From assembly GCF_001194135.2 (NCBI RefSeq), contig NC_068981.1, positions 43,012,427-43,062,079 on the forward strand: a stretch of 49,653 nucleotides of DNA. The letters run 5' to 3'. Numbering within the stretch: the first letter of the stretch is position 1; every line of letters begins with the position of its first letter. Source of the stretch: Octopus bimaculoides. Lineage: Eukaryota. The notes under the pieces were generated by a model, which was not told the origin of the DNA, searched no databases, and worked only from the letters and a program-made list of their open reading frames with translations. Both the position numbers and the translations under genes were made by a program. Of this stretch, positions 37,718-49,617 are shown in pieces.

Positions 37718-37766
<49 letters not shown>

Positions 37767-37782
37767 GCAATTATATATATAT

Positions 37783-38433
37783 AAAGCAATTAAGGGTATG
37801 AACACAGGGAAAGCCCCCGGTCTATCAGGAGTCACTACAGAGATGCTTAAAATATCTGGTGGTGTAGGCTGTAGTCTAGTCACCTGTATAGTCAATCAGG
37901 TGATACATGAAGGAGTCATACTCAATGACTTGTATAGCAGTATCATAGTCAACTGCTACAAAGGTAAAGGTGAACCATTTGATAGGAATAATTATAAAGG
38001 TATTAAATTGTTGGATCAATTGATGAAAGCCATGGACAGAGTCATAGCCCAACTAATTAGGGAGAGAGTTAGTTTAGACACGATGCAGTTAGGGTTTGTA
38101 CCATGGAGAGGCACCACTGATGCTATATTTCTAGTAAGACAGCTGCAGGAAAAATTCCTAGCCAAAGATAAACCTCTGTACTTGGCTTTCATTGATCTGC
38201 AGAAAGCCTTTGACAGGTTCTTCTGATCCCTTATCTGGTGGTCAATGCAGAAACTATGGATAAATAAGTGGTTGGTGAGAGCTGTACAGGCCATGTACAG
38301 GGATGCTGTTGGTAAGGTGAGGGTTGGCAATGAGTATAGTGAAAAATTTCTGGTAGAAGTAGGAGTGCACCAAGAATCAGTCCTCAGCCCCGTCTTTTTC
38401 ATCATAGTCCTCCAGAGGAATTCAAGACAGGCT
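37783..38433 (+). mobile_element. RTE-clade LINE reverse transcriptase fragment (N-terminal RT motifs)
   Basis: GKAPGLSGVTTEMLK..YKGKG..NNYKGIKLL..QLGFVPWRGTTDAIFLVRQLQEKF..LAFIDLQKAFDR; after a frameshift, VGVHQESVLSP.FIIVL..EEFKTG. Confidence 0.95.
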
Positions 38434-38778
38434 TGTGATGGAATCTATTTTCTGTACATCTTTGATGTTTATTGTGCCTGTGCATTTGCCATACACAAAA
38501 CTATCATCCCAGTTAACCTCCCTTTGATATTGCTGTACATCTTATATGTCCACAGCTTACACTGGGTACATCTTATGGAATTTCTACCTACGCCTTTTCT
38601 GCAGATCAAGAGGGACATCTATCTGGAGAGGTTTGTGATTTCTCTGCCTTCCTACTAAGACTTTAGTTTTTGATAGATTGACTCTAAGTACCTTTGATTC
38701 TAGACCTTGCTTCAACACCTGAAACTTCTCCTCTAGTTCTGATAGTGACTCAGTTATTAGAGCTCCCAAGGGTAGCCT
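38434..38778 (-). mobile_element. Inverted continuation of the same RTE RT
   Basis: Minus strand: GYPWEL/LITESLSELEEKFQVLKQGLESKVLRVNLSKTKVL..CRKGVGRNSIRCTQCKLW. The expected LYADDLA segment is absent. Confidence 0.9.
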
Positions 38779-39654
38779 TCACATGTCCCCAGCATTCACG
38801 GCCCATGTTTCACTGCCATGGAGGAAAGTCAAGTGTGGTTAGTAAGCATGGTAGAATCCATTTCTTGTCAAGTAACAAATGTTACTTCAATTCTTTGAGT
38901 TACAAGCTGAAGAGAATTTGAGTTCAGCTTTGCAGATAAGTACTTTGTTAAATATACTCTTCCACTCTCCATTGTTTGCATTATTTAACTTTATAACCCT
39001 ATGATATGTGTTTACACTGAATGAGAGGTGAGTGCTTTTCATGAAAATATTATCTGCACAGGTGATACACTATAAAATCACTGATCTGAAATCTCTTCTC
39101 AACAGGGAATAAATGAATGTATGCCTCATCTTCCTGTGCTTCTTTTCCCCATTTCACTTATTCAAGTGTACTTCCACATGCTGATTGGATATTTATACAT
39201 GTTTACTTTTTGTTTGAATATCTGCATTAAGTATATTAGTCTTGGACAAGATATTAAATAATATTCCGTTGTGAGGCCCCAGCTCATGATTTCAGGAATT
39301 TTGAGGTGTATTGAATTAGCTCCTAGTCACCACTGATCACAATTCTGCTCTGGCCTGGAATGTTAGTACTTTTCATGGGACAAATAGCAGATGGCAGTGG
39401 CCAAAGCACACAGGATGCTGAGGAGAGCTGGTTAAATAAGCCCTGTACCTGAATGGTAAGCTTTAGTGAGTTGGTTAGCAGCGTAAGCTGGAAATAAAAC
39501 AGTAGAAAGCAATGGAAAACTACTGCTGTATCTTTTCCAGGAAAATTATGAATTTTTAGACTTGGGCATGAAAGTCGATGTCTGCTGATATTTGTAAAAC
39601 CAGCATGATTCAGGTAGAGAGAAGCTGAGGACACATATCTTCATAATGTATGAA

Positions 39655-39820
39655 TGCAGACATCGTTAAGTGGTTAGACTGACTTTTGCTATGCAATCAT
39701 GAGATTATAGGTTTGATACCACTGTATAGCATCTTAAGCCTGTTATCTTTTACTTTTGTCTCGGGTTGATCCAAGACTTATGAGAGAATATGGATAGAAA
39801 GAAATGGTGTAGAGTCCATC
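39655..39820 (+). mobile_element. Old SINE family A-like copy
   Basis: GTGGTTAG..GGTTTGATACCACTG..GTCTCGGGTTGATCCAAGACTTATGAG. Divergent. Confidence 0.45.
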
Positions 39821-40072
39821 AGATGAAATTCAGTGCACCAGACTTGTCGATGTTACATAAAGGAAACATATATACATATATGTGTGAAGTATTCAGTCAC
39901 ACATTAATTCACTGAATAGAAAGTTCATTTGATCAAATAACTTGAATGCTTATCAAAACTGTTAAAAATTCAAATACTTATTACTGTGTGTATATGTAGG
40001 TATGTGTTTATGGCTGTGTGTACTTCTACATACTTGTAGTTGCATATATATATATATATATATAAATAAATA

Positions 40073-40252
40073 GTAAATGAGTATATGCATATATACGTAC
40101 AGGTATGTGCATACCGACATCCACCTGTATGTATAGGTGCATATCTGGGTACAGGACATTGCAAACAAACGTAGACGAGAACACACGAGCCACATAGAGA
40201 ACATTCTCCTTCATCAGCCACCCACGTTTTAACACCGGCGTTTCGACGAGCT
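40073..40252 (-). mobile_element. Truncated copy of the young element at 10190-10495
   Basis: 180-bp reverse-complement match with 2 mismatches, between TA-rich tracts. Confidence 0.85.
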
Positions 40253-40296
40253 ATACATATATATATATGAGTGTGTATTTGTATATACTTATAAAG

Positions 40297-40371
<75 letters not shown>

Positions 40372-41566
40372 ACTACAGAATACAAACTATTTCCATTTCT
40401 ATCTTTATGTTTATTTAAAATTAATAATATTCAAAACAACTGAACTGACAGAAATGAAAGACTCTTTTTTGTGAATGTTGGTTTGTGAGTGTCTATATAT
40501 GTAAATAGTTATTTTTAAATGTGACTAGATTTTTCCTCCTATTTACTTTACTTATGATTTCTTAACTCTTAACTTGAACTCTCTTACAAGATTTTTTAAA
40601 GTTTCCATTCTACAATTTCTCTCCAATTTTTAAATTCCACCTGCTGCATTCCCCAAGCATATCTAACTTCTGAACTTCTCATTTCGTCTCTCTCTCTCCT
40701 TCTGGGCATCTTTCCTCCTTTCCACCACTCTTTTGGTTTCAGTTGTTTTCATTTACTGTTGGGTTTCATGTATGTGATACAGTTAGTTGAAATTATTTCA
40801 TTGGCTGAAATTATCCAAACAATTACAATACAAAACATCCTTCTTGGACAGTCTAAAAATCTTTAAGCAATAAATGTTTGGACATATAGACAATGCAGGT
40901 AGGAGTGGGTTTGGTTTTTAAAACCAACTGATAAATACAACAGACAAATTTCACTCTTATTAGGCTTCTTCAGTGAAGCATATGGTACTCAATTGGCAAA
41001 ACTAAGAGGGCTTATATATATATATATATGTATATATANNNNNNNNNNNNNNNNNNNNNNNNNNNNNNNNNNNNNNNNNNNNNNNNNNNNNNNNNNNNNN
41101 NNNNNNNNNNNNNNNNNNNNNNNNNNNNNNNNNNNNNNNNNNNNNNNNNNNNNNNNNNNNNNNNNNNNNNNNNNNNNNNNNNNNNNNNNNNNNNNNNNNN
41201 NNNNNNNNNNNNNNNNNNNNNNNNNNNNNNNNNNNNNNNNNNNNNNNNNNNNNNNNNNNNNNNNNNNNNNNNNNNNNNNNNNNNNNNNNNNNNNNNNNNN
41301 NNNNNNNNNNNNNNNNNNNNNNNNNNNNNNNNNNNNNNNNNNNNNNNNNNNNNNNNNNNNNNNNNNNNNNNNNNNNNNNNNNNNNNNNNNNNNNNNNNNN
41401 NNNNNNNNNNNNNNNNNNNNNNNNNNNNNNNNNNNNNNNNNNNNNNNNNNNNNNNNNNNNNNNNNNNNNNNNNNNNNNNNNNNNNNNNNNNNNNNNNNNN
41501 NNNNNNNNNNNNNNNNNNNNNNNNNNNNNNNNNNNNNNNNNNNNNNNNNNNNNNNNNNNNNNNNNN

Positions 41567-41626
<60 letters not shown>
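41567..41626. repeat. (GA)n microsatellite at a gap edge
   Basis: Seen directly. Confidence 0.95.
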
Positions 41627-41633
<7 letters not shown>

Positions 41634-42149
41634 ATTTTAAGAAGGAATATCATACAATAGTTTTCAGGGGAAATACTTTAGGGGAGCCTTTTGTGTACTA
41701 AATACCATACACAGTAAGGTTTCATGTATGTAATATGGTGACTTAAAAAAATTTAATCTTTTGAGCTGTTTCTATCCCATGCCATGTCTCCACTTATCTT
41801 CTTTTTTCATCTTCAGAAAAAAGGCAAGAACTGAAACTTCAAATTCTTCATTTTTCATTCCATATGAATATAATAAAAGCTTTCTTACCAATGCTGATTA
41901 TCGTGAAGTTCCTTTGGATGTCTGAGTTTACCTGTTCTTTGGAAATAAGTTTGGCCCCTATCAATTCTGCTAACAAAAATTCTTTGGCTGTTAGTAACAT
42001 ACTCTAAATAAATAAGCAGCAAATAGTATTAGTGTGTTGAGCACAATCCTTTGCAGTATATTTATTCCAGTTTCTTGCATTCAATTTTGCATTTCATCTT
42101 TCTTGTGTCAATAAATAGAATAACAGTCTAGGCAGTGGACTTGTGAATT

Positions 42150-42362
42150 GGATAAGGAAGTCAGATGGTATTTCTTCCATTTCTTTATGATCTGAATTCA
42201 AATGCTGCTCATGTCGACTTTACCTTTTCTTTTTCTGAGGTTGATGAATAAAATGCGACACATGGGTGGCAGGCTGGAAGAATCAATAAAGTGTCAGACA
42301 GGATGCATTGTGGCATTTGTCTCAGGTTTTTGATTTCTAAGTTCAAATCCTGCCATTTGACT
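42150..42362 (+). mobile_element. Two degraded SINE family B-like heads
   Basis: CTGAATTCAAATGCTGC..GTCGACTTTACCTTTTC and CTAAGTTCAAATCCTGCC. Confidence 0.5.
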
Positions 42363-45144
42363 TATACACCCAGTTTAACTCAACTACCTGGTCTTTGAGT
42401 GCTTTTAATGAGGTCCACTCAGTGACAAGCTTTCAGACTAAGTTTCCATTTAGAGGATATCTTCCTCCTTCTCTTTCAATAATTTTGGAGGCTATGAAAA
42501 GGTCATGAGCATTGCTCTTTATTCAGATCAGATGGGAGAAAAAAATGTATATATAAAACGGAAAAAACATTTCCTCTGTGTTGATTGTTATTAATGATGT
42601 TTTATTCTTCAAACATTCCAAAGTAATATAGTATTTTCTAGAAATTAGTTATGACATTATTATTACCTTCCTGGCTTCTTGTCATGTGGTTGTTCTATTT
42701 TGGCAGTAGTTCTTTATGATTATCTGTTGAAATTCTTTACCAAGATTCATTCCATTTTTAATGGTTTTATTTCCCCCAAACAATATTGTAGTTTGACAGT
42801 TTTGTAAAATGTTCAGAGACACAATCTCCATCAATAATATTGACAAAAATAAAGTGTTATAAGGAGGTGAAACACAAAGCTAGACAACTAACTCCCAGAA
42901 CAACAGTCCATGTTTTGTTTTTCTGCCTTATTTTATATGCCATCATACAGTTTATGTATAATACTTTTAAACAGTTCATTTATCTTTTCAAATATTTTCT
43001 TTTGCACTTAAAGTTTAAAGAGAACAAGTTTTCTTCATGAAGATTTTCTCAACACACCCATCTCTCTAGTTCTCTGTTTCTGTCTGTATGTCTCTTTCTT
43101 TCCTTTTTCTTTTCATTTTCTCTTTCCTTCTCTTTTTCTCTAGTGCCAACTTGTGTGCTTATTAGATTTTTTTGTATAATGTTGATGGTTTCTATTACTG
43201 TTAATTTTGTTGTTTATTTTTGTTTATGTATTTCATTTTTTTTTTTACAATAGTTTTGTTCTCTCTTTTGGCTTTACCATGTGATATATTCTGTTTAATT
43301 TCTGAAGAGAAATTCCTTCTAAGAAAATATAAATTATTTAGAAGGAAAGAAATTTGTGATATTTGCATTAAACATCAATTCATATTGACACAGAATCAGA
43401 AAAATCTTGTTATATTGGAACAGACATGGTAGACAATATATGATCAATTTATTCTACTTCCAGAAGAGGAGTTAGTCAAGCAGAACAGAAACAATGAGAA
43501 GAAATCCATATGTTCTGTTGTTTATTGGATGAACAAATTCTGAAACCACATAGTTTCATCTGATATTGCTCAGGTTGTGATGTTAATGAAGAACATTAAA
43601 AAAAAAAACACTGTAACCTCCATTGATCTTTTAATACGATTTAAGGAGAATTTAATTGAGTCTTAACATGTGTATATAAAGATATTTTTCGTCTTTTCTG
43701 GGAATCAATAACAGATTGATTTAAACAAATTTCCCCAAACAACTATGTTCAAATAAAGGATAACAATATTTGCTCACAGTTAAATTATTTCTTTATTTGT
43801 ACAGATTGATGTCATATTGCAACACCACACAATATATTGAAAATTATCAGTAAATGACTACGACATAGACATGCTAGAAGTAGATTCAAGAAGACTTGTA
43901 AAGAATAGTTAATGGTGGACCTCTTGGAAATCAGGCTTGGATCTGAGACAAAAATCATGACTCTTTATTATATATCTCTTCAACTGTTTTAACAATAAGA
44001 GACAAATATTGAAATACAACGATGATGCTGACAGTGGTTGTGGTGGTTCAGTGGCGATATTCTTTGATCACTTTCACATGTCATATTTACATGGAGTTTG
44101 CATTGTATAACATGTATATCTGATAAAAAAGAATATACATATATAAACAGATGCACACTGTTAATATGAACACAAAATATAAGGTTTGTAGCATATTCAG
44201 TCGTTACTAATTTAGAAAACATGTAATCAAAGACTTTCCCTATCGTAAAAGACTAAAAGTCAAAGATTAATTTGGAAAACAGAGAAAAATAGTTCCATTA
44301 GTCATGTATTGCTTCAATCATAAGAACTGTTCTGACATTAATGCAACTGGATCATTTAACTGAATAAGATTCCATAATTGCTTCTAATTGTCACCTAAAG
44401 GTTATTAACAATGCAAGAAAAGACAAAACCTGCAAGTGAGAGAAAAGGTATTGAATGAAAGTTTCTGCAGACTGGTAATTAGCTATGATTACATTCTTAA
44501 TATAGTAAAGGCTTGAAGGTGTCACTCTGTATCAAGGATAAATACCTTTCAAATAGAAAACTGCATGAAACTGCTTTTAACCTTGTAGAAGGTGGAAGTG
44601 GTCTGTATTGAAATATACTTACTACTAGCACTATGATTTGAAGTCATAAAGTTGTATACTAAAGTAAATGTGTGGAATTCAAATTAGAAACCCATTCCAA
44701 TATTCTAACTGTGGTGACATGTGCTGTTTTGATAGAGACATATTTTATTTCATATATATTTTACTTGCTTTGCAATGGTTTCTCTGTTGCTTGTTTATTT
44801 TCCTTAAATAACACTCTGTCATCTTGAAAAAAATAAATAAAGAGAGAGAGTGGAGACCCATTGGAAAATGCAGTCCTAGATATGTCTAAAATTACAAAAT
44901 GGTCATGGCCAGATCATGCATCTGCTCAGTCTAAAAATAAAACACTTATTCTTCCTAGGAAAAAGGCTAAAGATATATATACATATATACATATATATAT
45001 ATACATATATACATGTAAATAAAGGTTGCAAACCTCATTAAGGGCCGATAAATCCAATGAATACACTGGTATATAATCTATTACAAGAAGTATTGAATAT
45101 TACAATTAATATTCAGCTGTAAGGTAACTGGATAAACCGGAGTT

Positions 45145-45338
45145 TATATATATTTTTAAGAAAAAAAGAAAATAGAGATGATTAAATTAAATTAAACTAA
45201 TTTAAATTTCTAAAACCTTGAATTGAAAAGTTGTCAGAGATGATGCCCAATTTTATAATTAATAAATAATTATTAATTTAAATTATTAATTCAATTTAAT
45301 TATCTCTCTATTTTCTTTTTTTCTTAAATATATATATA
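45145..45338. repeat. AT-rich inverted repeat (foldback/MITE-like), ~60-bp arms
   Basis: Perfect 23-bp core TTAAGAAAAAAAGAAAATAGAGA (45156-45178) / TCTCTATTTTCTTTTTTTCTTAA (45305-45327), extending imperfectly inward. Confidence 0.8.
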
Positions 45339-46499
45339 CATATACACACACACACACACACATGTATATATATATATATATATACACACATATATATATA
45401 CATATATCTCATATATACATACATATATACATATACATATATATATACACATACATATATATATACATTCATACATATATATATATATGTTAAAACTCAA
45501 TTAAATCCTTCTTAAGTCTTATGAAAGATGAATGGCATCTGCCATGTTTTACTGGATCATTTTTATTATCCTCCAGCCTGATCGGTATTAGAGGAAGCAA
45601 CATGTGGTTTCAAAATTTATTCATTCAATAAACTTTAGAACATAAATTTCCTCTCATAATTTTCTATTCTAATTCATTTGTAGGAATGGAACTTGTTTAT
45701 TAACTAACTATATAATTGGAATGTTACCCTTTTTTTCATTTCATTCAAGGTGAAGTCAAAAGTGTGTATGTTATAAGCTTTGGTTATAACATACACAAAA
45801 TCTGTATAAATGAACTTGAAAATAATATCCATAGGGTCAGTTGTTAAATATCTTATTTATATTCATATTTAAAATATACTGTGATTTGAAAAATAATGTT
45901 GTTGGATACAAGTTACCAAGGAAGCAAATGTCCTCTAAAAGCAATTTATTCTTTAATAAATATTTAATTTTTAAATTGACAGAATACTGTTTATTTGTTG
46001 GTTAAACTATTCAGAAACATGACTGCCTGGAGATGTCAGACAAATCAGAGTAAGAACAGAATGAAATACTGATAAGCATTCAGTCTACCAGTCTTTGGTG
46101 CTTACTTTTTCTACTGATTTTTTGCATGGTGTTGCATCATCATCATTATTGTCGTCACCACCACCACCACTGCTGCTGCTACCACCACCAACACCATCAC
46201 CATCATTTTATATCTGCTTTCTATGTTGGTATGGTCGGGAAAGATTGTCACATTCTAATTCAGAATTACTGCTCTCCTAGACATGCTGGAGGTCCATGTC
46301 TTGCATGTTTCATATTTGGCATGGTTTCTACAGCTTCCTAACAGCAACCATCTTATAGAGTGTATTGGATGTATTTTTCAAGTCAGCAGCAATGAAGATG
46401 TTAAGGTCGTCATGTCCTTCACAAAGACTAAAGAAACTCTTGAACTCTTCATTCTGTTTGTCTGATCACAACCGACTAAATCTAAATAAATAATTCAAA

Positions 46500-46690
46500 A
46501 TATTATCATCTTCATAGCTTTAACGTCCACTTTTCTTTTCTTGTACGGGTCAAACAAAATTTGTTCAGGGAGATTTTCCATGGCTGGATGCCCTTCCAGT
46601 CACCAACCCATACCTGCTTCCAAGCAGGTATAAATTCCCACATAGCCAGAAATGATTTTGCAGAAGATTGGAAATAAATGACACTGCTTG
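46500..46690 (-). mobile_element. Degraded RTE-tail repeat
   Basis: TTTAACGTCCACTTTTC..GGCTGGATGCCCTTCCAGTCACCAACCC. Confidence 0.7.
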
Positions 46691-47063
46691 TCTGTTAGTT
46701 ACATTCATTTACTTCTATTACACAATGTGGCACTAACCCACATACATACATGCATGCACATATACATATATAAACACACACACTCACACATACANNNNNN
46801 NNNNNNNNNNNNNNNNNNNNNNNNNNNNNNNNNNNNNNNNNNNNNNNNNNNNNNNNNNNNNNNNNNNNNNNNNNNNNNNNNNNNNNNNNNNNNNNNNNNN
46901 NNNNNNNNNNNNNNNNNNNNNNNNNNNNNNNNNNNNNNNNNNNNNNNNNNNNNNNNNNNNNNNNNNNNNNNNNNNNNNNNNNNNNNNNNNNNNNNNNNNN
47001 NNNNNNNNNNNNNNNNNNNNNNNNNNNNNNNNNNNNNNNNNNNNNNNNNNNNNNNNNNNNNNN

Positions 47064-47095
<32 letters not shown>

Positions 47096-47145
47096 TATAT
47101 ATATATCCAGATTTAGGGAATGAGGTTGATAAAATCCAAAATCCA

Positions 47146-47227
47146 GCTACATATGTTTCATAGCTAGTAGAACCTCGGAAATAGTAATTAACCAAACAAG
47201 GGACGATCCGCTAATTACTTGTCAGGC
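47146..47227 (-). ncRNA. Mirror hammerhead-like motif (left arm), core G8A
   Basis: GC CTGACAA GTAATT[loop]AGCTAT GAA A CATATG T A GC. Confidence 0.5.
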
Positions 47228-47311
47228 GTGATGAGTAGCTGGTGAATCACCTCACATTTGGGTAATTACCACTTCTGAAGTTCTCCTAGCTATGAAACAT
47301 ATGTAGCATGG
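47222..47311 (+). ncRNA. Type I hammerhead-like motif (right arm), core C3G
   Basis: TCAGGC GTGATGA GTAGCT[47-nt loop]AGCTAT GAA A CATATG T A GCATGG. Stem II is 6 bp, stem III is the palindrome ACATATGT, the triplet is GUA, and stem I has 5 of 6 pairs. Confidence 0.6.
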
Positions 47312-47401
47312 ATTTTATCTACTTCATTTCCTAAATTTAGATTTTTATTCACATACACAGCAACCCCAGTTGCTAACAATGAACTATAAAATAACTTTTT
47401 T

Positions 47402-47531
47402 CAGGAGTGGCTGTGTGGTAAGTAGCTTGCTTACAAACCGCATGGCTTCGGGTTCAGTCCCACGGCATGGCACCTTGGGCAAGTGTCTACTATTATAGCC
47501 TCGGGACGACCAAAACCTTGTGAGTGGATTT
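47402..47531 (+). mobile_element. SINE family A, 5' fragment
   Basis: CAGGAGTGGCTGTGTGGTAAGTAGCTTGC..GGGTTCAGTCCC..CCTTGGGCAAGTGTC. Confidence 0.88.
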
Positions 47532-47661
47532 ACTCCACAAATGTTTTGTTGTCAATGCTGCACTTCCCCATGTCACCTGTTTCAACATAACTGTAATATA
47601 TTATATACAAACTATACCATTTTAATCCTGAGCAATGCCAGATATCTCTGCTACTATATAT

Positions 47662-47804
47662 CATCATCATCATCATTTAACGTCCGCTTTCCATGCTAGC
47701 ATGGGTTGGACGAATTGACTGAGGACTGGTGAACCAGGTGGTTACACCAGGCTCCAATCTGATTTGGCAGAGTTTCTACAGCTGGATGCCCTTCCTAACG
47801 CCAA
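47662..47804 (-). mobile_element. RTE-tail element 3' end with (GAT)n tail
   Basis: CATCATTTAACGTCCGCTTTCCATGCTAGCATGGGTTGGACG..CAGCTGGATGCCCTTCCTAACGCCAA. Confidence 0.88.
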
Positions 47805-48232
47805 TATATATATATTCAGATGAATATGGTACTTAAGTTGAGGCACCAGAATTTAATATGGTACTATCCATACAATTTCAAAGTAAGGTGATTAAAATCA
47901 AAATGTTGCTTATTTTCATACATATGCATATGTATANNNNNNNNNNNNNNNNNNNNNNNNNNNNNNNNNNNNNNNNNNNNNNNNNNNNNNNNNNNNNNNN
48001 NNNNNNNNNNNNNNNNNNNNNNNNNNNNNNNNNNNNNNNNNNNNNNNNNNNNNNNNNNNNNNNNNNNNNNNNNNNNNNNNNNNNNNNNNNNNNNNNNNNN
48101 NNNNNNNNNNNNNNNNNNNNNNNNNNNNNNNNNNNNNNNATATATATAATATAAATATAAAAAAAGGAACACAGCTGGTGTTTAAAATTTATGACAGCTG
48201 GTTTGATAGAATATACATGCACAATTGGTTTC

Positions 48233-48384
48233 TTTCAGTTCCATCTAGCAAATCCACTTACAACACTTTGGTTCACCCTAGGGCTATAGTAGATCACACT
48301 TGCCCAAGATTCCAAGTAGTAGGACTGAACATAAAACCAGGTGTTTAGGAAACAAACATCTCATCCACATAGCCATGCATGTGC
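48233..48384 (-). mobile_element. SINE family A, degraded 5' fragment
   Basis: TTTCAGTTCCATCTAGCAAATCCACTTACAAC..GGCTATAGTAG..ACTTGCCCAAG..GGACTGAAC. Confidence 0.75.
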
Positions 48385-49617
48385 CAAGCTATGATTGTAA
48401 TTTAATAATATATAATTCTTACAGAACATAGTGATATTAGACATTATAAGTACCAGTTTAAAACTGTAAACAGAACTCCCCACTTATGAAACATAAACAA
48501 GGTATCTAGCATTTACTGGATGACCAAATTAATTAAGATAATTTCTTTTTGGTGTTTAAACACCATTAGATCTATTGTCATTTCCTGTTTTAAACTGGGG
48601 CTTATTATAATTGATATTAACAAAACTCATAGCCTATTTATAACTTGCAACAAATAAAATTATCAAATATTTTATTAAAATTTTTACTTCTTTAGGTCTT
48701 GTTTGTATATATGTGTTACTGCTTGTCTTTCATGCTTTACCACAAATCATGTTCTCTCATCATGGCTTGTGTCTACTTAGTTTTTAATCAGTTTATCTTT
48801 CAGAGTTTTCTCCTTTAACTTCTTTGGCAAAAATTAACATTAATGCTACTGAATTTTCTTCTCCTTGTGGATTTAATACATTAAAAATTTATGGTTGGCT
48901 CACTACACTCAGTATGTTAGTTCATACTTAAGTGAATAAACTGTCTGTATGATGAAGGAGAGAAGAAAAGATGAAGGAGAGGATGAGGACAGGGAAAATG
49001 AAATTCAATAGTATAACAACAAAGAAAACATACTGAAATCTTCTTTAAAATGTTTTTGTATTTGCTACTTTAATAATTCTTCTCACTATAGCATCTTTCA
49101 ATCCTAGGTCTGTTATTCATAAATTTATCATTGAAAATTTCATTTAATACGCTCTTTGCAATACATTTATCATGACTGTCTTTTATAAAGACTCATAACT
49201 TATATTTATCATATCTATTACAAGTCATCGAGATTTCCCAGAATTCCTTCTAGTTATTCATTCATCATCAAAACCTTTCATATTGATTTGGTCACCACAC
49301 ATTTACCCAACCAAACACATCTCTATAAAGTTGCACTCACATTTATCATCCAAATATTCCATGAAAATGCTTCAAAATTGCTGCAATTAGCCAGAATAAC
49401 ACTGGCATTCTGTTTATACATTTCTTCAAGGGTTATTTAACAAAATCTATTGTAACGCTTTGCAAACTTGGAAGAATTTTAACATTTGTATTATTATCAA
49501 TGATACTGTGCAATAGAGCAATTCAGTAATGTTTCTGTTTCACTCCGTCTCTCCTTATCTCCCACTCTCACTCTATGCATGTATATGAGTGTGTGTGTGC
49601 GTGTGTGTGTGTGCTTG

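Larger units (their letters stand above)
47105..47342. mobile_element. Near-complete palindromic non-coding element (238 bp) with back-to-back hammerhead-like motifs
   Basis: The arms pair over their whole length, with a perfect 22 bp at 47146-47167 / 47286-47307. The centre is TTGTCAG-GC-GTGATGA (47219-47234). Confidence 0.9.

Noticed and set aside
43313-43347. 10-bp inverted repeat TTCCTTCTAA/TTAGAAGGAA
   Set aside because: Isolated, low-complexity and without TSD or family support.
939-48384. tRNA genes at the A/B-box motifs
   Set aside because: All are SINE heads followed by SINE body sequence, with no intact cloverleaf.
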